This document shows, piece after piece, positions 47,805 through 56,859 of a stretch of DNA of 56,859 bases. A program made the position numbers and the translations under genes. Source of the DNA: Basidiobolus meristosporus CBS 931.73 (lineage: Eukaryota > Fungi > Basidiobolomycota). The notes under the pieces are model-generated. The model did no database searches, was not told the DNA's origin, and saw nothing but the letters and a program-made list of their open reading frames with translations. Within the stretch, counting starts at the first letter, position 1. Each line of letters starts with the position of its first letter. The DNA lies in contig MCFE01000571.1 of NCBI GenBank assembly GCA_002104905.1, positions 1 through 56,859 on the forward strand, in the 5' to 3' direction.

Positions 47805-50800
47805 TTTGTTCTTGGTACCTGGTATTTTGGTGAAAATGTTCTAAGTAAATGCAAACAAGGAATTTGGTCAGTATTATCTGGGATTTAAAGGTAATGTCCT
47901 AAGTGACTAAGTTAGGTGAGTATTTAGGTGGAATTTAAATTCTTTACAACACTCCCACTCAGCTAATTATTCATACTGACAAGTCCTAATTTTGACCTAA
48001 GATATTCAAACTTGTCACCAGCTGATGGTATGGCAAATATGTCTGCAATCATTTCATTTGTAGGACAGTAAACCAAGCTATTTTCTATAGCTTCACATAT
48101 GAAATGATGCTTAATATCTATGTTCTTTGTTCTAGTATCAAAAGTTGGATTTCTACCTAATTGTACACATGCTTGATTATCTTGAAATAAAGTAATAGGC
48201 ACTTTTTGACATAGGCCTAAATCAGTAAAAAGCTTTCTCAACCACACTGCCTCTTTTGTAACTTCACAGGTTGCCATATACTCTACCTTTGCGGTAGAAA
48301 CTTCTGCGGTTGGTTGCTTTCTTGAATTCCATCAAATTGCTCCTTTGCAGTAAAAAATGCTGTACCCTGTGGTGGATCTTCTGTCTTCCCTACTTTGTCC
48401 CCAATCAGCATCAGAGTATCTCACAATATCCTGTTCAGAATCCTTAAAGGTGTATCTTGAGCCAATATCAGCAGTTCCTTTTAGGTATCTAAAAATCTGC
48501 TTAACTACTGCAATATGATCAGATCCATAGTTCTGATTATGTTGGCTGACAACTCCTCCTGAATATGAGATATCTGGATGTGCTACAAGCATAACATACA
48601 TTGGATAGTCAGCCATGGATTGATAACAACACTCAGGACTTTCAGATGGCACCAAGCTCTCTTGATTTGGCTGAGTTTTGACCAAGTTAAGGCTTGTCTC
48701 CATTGGGGTAGCTGCTGTTCTACAGTCTTTCATTTAGTACTTCTTTAGTATATCTTGAATATACTAGGATTGTCTTAGGGTGATAGTGTAGGACCTTTGT
48801 CAATGGAGAACTTAATCCCTAATTAGTAACTGAGTTCTCCTAGATTGGACATCTTGAACACCTTGGATAGGCTGGATTTAGTCTATTACAATATTCCTAG
48901 GTTATTGGTGGCTGTAATAAGATCAGCTACATATAGAGCTGATTGAACTGAGCTTGCTCTATCTTGCTTATATTATATACTATAGTCATTATTACTCCTT
49001 TTGACACTCAAAGATTCCAAATAAAATCTATCTTGCAATCCCAGACTCTTAGTGATTGTTTGACCATGTAGTGACTTTTTAAGCTTGCAGACCAAATGGG
49101 GGTTATCTTGGTTAGTAAACCCATCAAGCTGGTCCATATAGATAAGCTCATCAAGCTCCCCATTCAAAAATGCTACTTTTACATCCATTTGATAAATATA
49201 AAGCTTTTATTTGGCTGCAATAGCCAATATTGATCTGATGGAATTAATCTGGGCTACTGGTGCCAAGGTCTCAGAATATTGAGGTCCCTTTGTTTGAGAG
49301 TATTCTTTGGCAGCAAGTCTTGCTTTGTATCTTTCATATGTACCATCAGCCTTGTACTTTGTCTTGAAGACCTATCTTCATCCATTGATTTTTGGTAGAA
49401 TGGTAATTTGACCAAGTCCCAAGTTTAATTTTCCATTGGGGCCTTATATTCCTCAGTCATTGTAAATCTCCAAAGCTTCATCTGATGGCTATTAAGGGTC
49501 TCTTTTACAGTCTGTGGCTCATCAATATTGACTGCATAGGCATAGGCTAAGTTTGTACAATTGTTGATATAGTAATTTGGGCTGTTTCTTTTCCGGTTGG
49601 ATCTCCAGGCATTTGATACTGGAATGATCACTTCTGGGATATTCCTGGACACTAATATAGGCTGAACCACAGTTGTAGAGTCCTCTGGAGTGAAAAAAAC
49701 TCTCATTGTTTTGCTCTAATTCAATCCTGACAATTGGTGGACTTGGGGTCATATTTGTATCTTCATCTGATGTCATTTATTGAAAAATTTAAATTTTCAT
49801 CAAACAACACATCCCTGAACTTGATTAGCTTCATTACTTTGATGTTATAGAGTCTGTATGCCTTACTCTCATTGCAGTGGCCCAAAAATATGCCTTTTAC
49901 ACTTTTTGGCTCAAATTTTGACTGATTTCTGGGCAGTGTCTTGTCATATGCAGTACACCCAAATATCCTTAGATGCTCTGCACTTGGTCTGTATCCATAT
50001 CATGCTTCAAGTGGAGTAGAGTCACAAAATACTCTGTTAAAACACCTACTTTAAGGTATAGAGCTGTGGCAACTGATTCTGCCCAAAAATCACAGGATAA
50101 TTTTTGATCAGGGATCCTAGATCTTGCCATATCAATTATTAATCTGTTAGCACATTCTGCTACTCCATTTTGCTGTGGCAAGTGTGGTACAGTAGTCTCT
50201 TGCTTTATCCCATGAACTTTGCAGAAGTGGATGAAGAGTTTTGATGTATATTTTCTACCATTGTCAAAGTGTATTTTCTTGATTTTTTCACCAGTTTCTC
50301 TCTTCACCATGGCTTTAAGCTCCATGAACTTAGACAGAGCTTCTTCTGTTCTCTCCATGCAGTAGACCCACATATATCATGTATAATTTTTTTAAAGATA
50401 GCTTTTTCCTTTCTCTCCATGAAGTAGGCCTCCATGTGTCTTGTATAATCTTCAATAAAAGTGATTAAATACTTCATCCTGCCTAACAATACATTTTTGC
50501 ATAGTTCCACATAGATCTGAGTGAGTTAGATCTGGTTTTTTCTTGTTTTTGATTAACCCAGAGCTCTTGAATGATTTTTTGGCTTGTTTTCCATATATGC
50601 AGACCTCACAGTGCTCCAAATTAGCTGGGGGTTCAGTTTTTACTCCCACAGATTAGTTGGTCTTTGATCATTTTGCACTAACAATCAAATTTGATGTGCC
50701 CAAATCTACTGTGCCTAAGCATTGGTGTTTCTTCATTCAAGTCACTAATATTGGCTTCCAGATATGATGGAGTTTAAGTCAATCTTATAGATTCTGACCT

Positions 50801-52686
50801 CTGATACCCAAAGCAATATGGGTACTATACTGATCAGTGATCCTGCATCCAGAATTGTCAGAGCTCAAACTGAGTCCTTCTGCTGTGACCTTGCTTACAG
50901 ATAGTAAGTTCTTGGCTATTTCTGCCACACAGAGTACCATTTTAAAGGTCAGTGTATGGCCTCCTTCACTGCTTCTAAGGTTTACTTGAATAGTTCCTTC
51001 TCCCACTGCATTAGGTGTTCTATTGTCACTCATGAAAACCTTCTCAAATGGAATTTCTTGATATTGAGTAAGTAGTTCTTTTTCGTGTGTAAAGTGTCGG
51101 TATGCTCCAGAGTTGATGTACCATGTCTGAGAATCCTTGTTTGTGGTCATATTTAATGCAGATGTGAACTGTCTATCTTCAGTTGTTGCAGTATTTCCAT
51201 GTTCAGGCTTCTTTTGCTGATTATTCCTCTTTTTGAGACACCTGTCAGATATGTGTCCTTTCCTTTTGCAGTGGTTGCAAGACAGGTTGTTGTTGCCTTT
51301 GTAAAGTCTTGGGTACCTCCTATGTTGGTTATCACTGCCTATTAATGCATTTTCTTCTTCCTTCTCATTGACATTTGATTTTCTTAATTCTTCATCCAGG
51401 AGCCGTTAATATATGTAATTCAAGGTCAAATCATCAGTTCTGTACCCTAGGGCGGATACAAGGCCATGAAACTTGTCTGTCAGGCTATTCAGGATGGTAA
51501 CTATCACATCCTCATCAGTAGCTGGTACACCCACAGATTCCATTGCACCCACCAGCTGTGTAATTCTGTTAGTTAGATTGTTCATTTCTTCCCCTGGCAG
51601 CATCTTTGTAGTAGAAAATATTTGTCTCAGATACATTCACTTAGCAGCTGAACATGACTGGTAGGTGTCTTCTAATGCTATCCAGGCATTCTTTGCCATT
51701 TTTGCTCTTGAGCATTGAATCAGCAATTTGTCTGCAACATTAAGTCCAATTCAGCCAAAGGCACTTTGTTCTTTCTTCTGGTACTTTAGGCTTCTTCTCC
51801 CATATTTTTAGGAGGGCATTCTTCTCCCATGAAAGCATCCCAAAGGCCTCTTTCTTGTAGCAGCATCTTCATCTTCACCTTCCACACTTGGCAGTTAGTG
51901 TCGTAAAAATTTGTAATTCCACCTAAATATTCACCTAAATTAGTCACTTAGATCATCACATTCATATCCTAGAAAATACTGACCAAATTCCTTGTTGGAA
52001 TTTACTTAGAATATTTTCACCTAAATACCAGATACCCAGAACATGAAAATTCTCAAAGCTGTCCAAACAGCCCCAAACTTTGCACATATGTTCTTGGGAC
52101 CTTCCTTAACCTATACTACGTGTTTGTTATTCCAAGACCAGGTTAGAGTATAAATACTACTTTTACATTCAATAAATCATTAAGTGAAAGCCACATAATC
52201 TACTTGTTCTCCAAATCACTTCCAATATCTCCAAGACTCTTACAACAGTTGGACCCATCCAACTTTTCAGCAGAGGTAAATGTTTTGGCAATAGCAGTAG
52301 TAGACATTGCAGAGAGTGGCAGCTTGGAGCAATAACCTGTTGTAAGAGTCTTGAAGATAAAGGAAGTGATTTGGGAGGTTAAGAAAATTATGTGGCATTC
52401 ACTTAAAGATTTATTGAGTGTAATAGTAGTACTTATACTTTTCCATGATCTTGGCATAAAAAACACATGAAATAGGTTAAGGAAGGTCCCAAGAACATGT
52501 GTGCAAAGTTTGGGGGCTTTTAAACAACTTTTTGAAATATCATAATCAAGGAACCTGATAATTTGGTGAAAACATTTTAAGTAAGTCCTAAAGAGAAATT
52601 TGGTCAGGACAGAATGCTAATGAAGTAATAAGATCTATGTGACTAAGTTAGCATGAATATGCAGTGATCACTTAATAGTTTCAACA
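47805..52686 (-). mobile_element. Near full-length degenerate copia family E element
   Basis: 5' LTR at 52338-52686 (349 bp), PBS remnant, and partial 3' LTR at 47805-47951 with PPT. Gag, protease (WYINSGA), integrase (HFDNGRKY, QNGVAE), RT and RNase H remnants in copia order with many stops. Confidence 0.88.
51899..52247 (+). repeat. Solo copia-E LTR inserted antisense into the E gag
   Basis: 349 bp TGTCG...CAACA; 5-bp TSD GTTAG/GTTGG; the gag reads EKLDGSN before and NCQVWKVK after the insertion. Confidence 0.82.
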
Positions 52687-53260
52687 GAAAGGACAAACAT
52701 TGGACCCATGCTTCAAAAAGATAGATAATGATCAAAGAAGCCTGAATAAGAAAATGCTGCAACAACAGATGATAGACAACTCATATATGCAGTAAACATG
52801 ATTGCAAACAGGAATTATCAGACATGGTACATTGACTATGGTGCATTTCAACACTCTACATATCAAAGAAAACTTCTTACCCTATATCAAGAAATTCCAA
52901 TTGAGAAGGCTTTCACGAATGACAATACCCTATAAAAATTATTGAGATGATCCCATCAAAAGGCCATCACAAAGTTAAAGTCCCATGACTAAGAGGTATT
53001 GATCCTGTAAGGACATCATCCAGAGACCATTGAAAAATAGTTGCACCCCAGATTTCACAAAAAACTTAGTCAAAAATTTTCATCACAACAATGTATACGT
53101 GGCTGTTGATTGGTTCCCTGCCAATTTGCTCACTGTTTGATCCTGGATACTCTATTGCCTCCTACACTTGTGTGAATTGATTGGCTATTGCCTCTTTTTT
53201 ACACTCCTTACTTCCTGACTTAACTGTTTCTCTTATGTTTCATGCCTACATATTGATTTA

Positions 53261-53923
53261 TTACTGTTGAAACTTCAGTTGTACCTCAATTACCAATTGT
53301 ATTGGCCTATACAAGTCCCTATACCTTACACTAACATTAAGCCCAACACCACACTCCACAAGTAACTCCATTAAAATCCACCACTCAATAGGTATTTCTG
53401 CTGTAATGCTCTGGTTCCACAACTTTGGCGGGAATCCAAAAGCTTTATGCCACTGTACATTCACTGGTTCCCACACATCCTGGTCTTCAGCCGGCACTGC
53501 AAGGTCTAGCTCCTCATCTGCCAGTCTTTGCAATAAATCCTTGCTATATTCCAGTGTGTTTTCTTGAGCACTGCTCTTGAAGAAGTGCTGCAATCTCTTG
53601 GTGTGCCTATTGATGTTCCAAAACTCCACTGAAGGCATTGTGATAGTCTTTTGAGCCCTTGATGTTATAGCCTTGTCTGTCAGTGGGATCTCCACTCTGT
53701 CAACAATGGAGGATGTGGAGGCTGTAGTAGACAAATTGCCTTTTTCAGCAAACTCATCTACCTCCCTGGAGTGTAGCTCAACTGGCTGAGCTTCCAACTC
53801 TTGTGAAAACAGATGTTTTCTTATTGGTAATTCTTCTTGGCTATGATGGGATTTGGTCTGATCATGGCTTACGGCATTAATTGGCAAGAACTGCAGTTTT
53901 GTCTGCATGTCTCCCTGACTCAT
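53261..53923 (-). pseudogene. Longest open piece (220 aa) of CACTA ORF2, C-terminal domain
   Basis: VEFWNINRHTKRLQHFFKSSAQENTLEYSKDLLQRLADEE is conserved in five copies. Confidence 0.7.
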
Positions 53924-54259
53924 GCTTGGGTAGACATTTTTCCCGTTACCTTGTCCTTTATCACTGCCAGGTCTTTCACTGCTACTTTGTATGAGTGATT
54001 CTTATAAAGAGCTATGTTTTCTCCTGGATAAATTCTGCTCTGACGCATCTGTTTTGGCCTGCTTGTCCCTTGCTGGCACTCTTCATGCAACCTGACATTT
54101 CTTTTCCGCTTTTTTTGAGCTCTCAACCATAGTTGTGATAGACTCCTTTAAGAGCAGCTGGTTCTTATCACTACCAAGTCCATCACTACTACTTTGACTG
54201 GGTGCTTCTTGAGTGGTACTGCGCTGTCTCCTTGATAAATGCTATGCTGGTGCATCTGT

Positions 54260-54892
54260 TGTGGTGGTGTAGAGGTACTCCTGTGAGAAGCTTTACAACT
54301 CAAGGTGAGTGAGGTGTCTGATGGGTGCAATAACCTGTGTGTCTAAACTGCAGGTGTCTTTGTCAATATGTCACTATATTAAAAGCTCCTGCTTCTCTAG
54401 CTTCCTAGGTGCTCCAAGTGTCTCCAAAGGCCTCTATGTGTCTTGTGCACTACCCTGAAAAGCTCCTTGATGGCAGGTCTGAGATGTACTGTCAAAGGCA
54501 GGTGTAGTGATCAACTGCTAATCAATAAGGTAGAAGTGTTAGTGATAGAAGGGATGATTTATTGATGAGGGATTGCTTTCCCTGAAATACTTTTCCTGAT
54601 TGCCAAGTGATTACTGATGACAAGGTTCTAGAAGATTCTAGGCATCAGTGAAATTCTTGATGAGGTCACCATGAGCCAAAAATATGCCAAGAATGTCCTG
54701 GAAGGTTCTAAATGGCACTGCATATCCAACCAATCAGGAGTCAGTAGTCTGAAACCTGTGCAACATAGAAATACCATATATGGTATTGAAATGGTAGGGA
54801 TGGTAACACAGACCTAGGTCATGTGTCATAGGTACTGACATGGGTACTTGCCATATGTAGATACATATTTAACTAACCCTAACCCTACCACA
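54260..54892 (-). repeat. Solo LTR of family C (633 bp) in CACTA ORF2
   Basis: TGTGGTGG...CCCTACCACA ends; 4-bp TSD CTGT/TTGT. Confidence 0.88.
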
Positions 54893-56713
54893 TTGTGTCT
54901 GCCTGCTTGTCCCTAATTGGCACTCTTCCAGCTACCTGACATCTCTTTGACACTTGTCTGGAGCTTTCAGCCCTGCCTGTAACAGGCTCTTGAGGAAGCC
55001 ACTGTTTTTTAGCCAAAGCACCCTTGTTCTTCTGCCTTTGACAGTTTCTGCTAATCTTAAGATACTTTCTTAGCATACCAATGCTGGCCCAAAATCTGTT
55101 TGCCCATTTGAGTCCAGGATAATGCGCATAGCAGAAGTCAAGTGCATTCTGCTTGGCCTTGAGTTCCTGATGGTCCCATTGTATGCCAGCCTTCAGGTGA
55201 TGGCATGCTAGACTTCTGGCAGCCTCTTGTATATTAGCCCACTCTTCATTATTGCACTCAACGGCATCACAGATCTTCAGTGTCTTTTGATTTTAAGCTT
55301 AGGTATAAACACCACATTGTCTCCCTCCCATGCTGTGATAGGTTTTTCTGTGAGCTTTATCTTTGGGCACTGTTGTTGTGCTTCAAAGACTGTACAGTGT
55401 ATCTCTGCTGTTACATCAGGAAATGGCTCAATTCTTGGCTGTGACATTGAGCTACTTAAGTTCCTTCTTTGCAGCAAAGATACTGCTTTCTCTACCTGGG
55501 ATATTGATTGCTCTACACATATTATCTGCTCATCCTGTTTCTGGACTATTTCCTGATTTCTCTGGGCCATTGCATCTATCCTATCAGCCACTGCACCTAA
55601 TTGCTTCATTTATGCTTTGTATGAGCTGACAACATACTTGCTAAAATGGGAGGTGGTGATGTTATCATGGCCACTTGCTGATCTTCCACTGAGGGTACTG
55701 CATTTGCTACATTCTCATCTGCCTGAGAATAATGGTCAGCTTGTGGCTCCACAGAGGTTCTCAATTACCTACTTGACTGAGAGCCTGAGGAGTCCGCATT
55801 ATTACCTTCAATGGGCACACTGTCCACAGGGCCTTTTTTGGATGTAACCCCACTTGTTGCACTGAGTGTCAAAGCAAGCTATTGTCCAACTGTTCTTCTG
55901 TTGCCCTCAGTGGTGAGGTTTGGTTGAGAACCAGACAACTTTGCTTTATTTTTTGGTAGCATATATATGGAAGTGAGTCAAACCAAAGGGAAAATAGTGT
56001 TACATACACATGTGTATTTGGTGCCATAACTTTATCTAAAATGCTTACTATGGCAGGTCATCATTGAATCTTACATTCATGTAGGTGCAATGTTGCAAAT
56101 ACAAGATTGTTGGGCTATCAATCTGCCAATATAAAGCTATCAGAGTCTTGCTGTGAGGCTGTCAAAATACTGTCAAGTTTCTTGCCATATAAGGCAGTTA
56201 GATGTCCTGGCCAATTGGATCTACTTAAAATAGTTAAAGAGCGCAAAAAGATCACAACAATACCATTCAAATATTGTCACAGCACCAATAAAATATTGTC
56301 AAGTTTTATCCCTTTATTTGGTTGCAAAATTAGCAAAATACCATCATGATCCTGTCACAAGATTGTTAGGAGGGTCACTAATTCCAAGCTGCTGGTATTA
56401 TGATAGTCTCTAAATGGGATCCTGATGGCTGATCCAAATTGGATCCACCTGCAGGACCAAACAATTTTTGATAGGGATAGAACACTTGATATAGTTGAAG
56501 AAGGAACTATCCAGGTTAAACTCAGAAGCACTGAAGGAAGCCACACATCCACCTTCAACAAAGTACTCTATTTGCTAGAAATTTTCAAGTACCTACTATT
56601 TTAAGCTAGGCCACAGCAGAAGGACTCTGTTAAAGTTTTGACAATTCTGGATGCAGAATCACTGATCAAAATTATGATCTGTGTGGACCTATACAACATT
56701 AATCCTTAGGCAG

Positions 56714-56859
56714 TGTGATGGGGTCATAGTGATACCCACTGACAGATGTGTTCATTCCCATATTCTCTACTTCCCTATTGTCTATTGCCCATGCTTTAGT
56801 TTTATCACATTTGTCTTACATTATCAGTACTATCCCATAAGCTGGCTAACTACATTACT
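56714..56859 (+). repeat. Start of a C2 LTR (runs off the window)
   Basis: Reverse complement of ~6730-6876 and of the 20700-21214 LTR part. Confidence 0.8.

Larger units (their letters stand above)
52928..56476 (+). mobile_element. Non-autonomous CACTA derivative (transposase largely deleted, ORF2 retained)
   Basis: Ends CCCTATAAAAATT...AATTTTTGATAGGG. ATA TSD, verified against the empty-site homologue GACAATAGAACAC near 51020. About 2.6 kb deleted at ~56110. Confidence 0.9.
52690..56690 (+). pseudogene. Copia protease-region fragment split by a CACTA insertion (52690-52927 plus 56480-56690)
   Basis: WYIDYGAFQH...KAFTNDN|RTLDIVEEGTIQVKLRSTEG is continuous across the insertion and homologous to 50950-51130. 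Confidence 0.75.

Noticed and set aside
54874-54885. TAACCCTAACCC as a telomeric repeat
   Set aside because: Only two units, inside the end of a C LTR.
1-56859. CRISPR arrays, rRNA/tRNA genes, host genes or prokaryotic defence systems
   Set aside because: No regularly spaced short repeats, no RNA-gene signature and no ORF with recognisable non-TE motifs. Most short ORFs in the track are antisense or off-frame shadows of TE genes.
1-56859. Classical Neurospora-type RIP
   Set aside because: CA and TG dinucleotides are abundant, and the paired-copy changes I could polarise are mostly CG>TG/CA.

Overview
This is a eukaryotic repeat graveyard, probably fungal (inferred from the element types and primer-binding sites). 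Nearly all of the 56.9 kb that I can assign is nested transposable elements; I found no host gene, RNA gene or CRISPR array. I resolved these families: (1) a young, full-length Ty1/copia element at 23648-28333 with one 1305-aa ORF, LTRs differing at 1/369 nt and a TCCCC TSD, whose first integrase catalytic Asp is mutated to Gly; (2) Ty3/gypsy family A/B with 368-bp LTRs and 4-bp TSDs, as two full copies (11194-16131, 31891-36173), a solo LTR and fragments; (3) a tRNA-Lys-primed LTR family C/C2 seen mostly as LTRs; (4) an old copia family E; (5) an old gypsy G; (6) a CACTA/En-Spm DNA transposon family with CCCTA ends, 3-bp TSDs, a Transposase_21-like gene and a divergently oriented accessory ORF I cannot assign; (7) a foldback repeat F. 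CpG decay is pervasive and can be read directly from paired copies. The strongest candidates for something new are the apparent CpG-centred target preference of family C/C2 and the CCCTA-ended CACTA family with its unknown repeat-containing accessory protein. Neither has been checked against databases. Counts and identities are manual. Boundaries of degenerate fragments are approximate (tens of bp).
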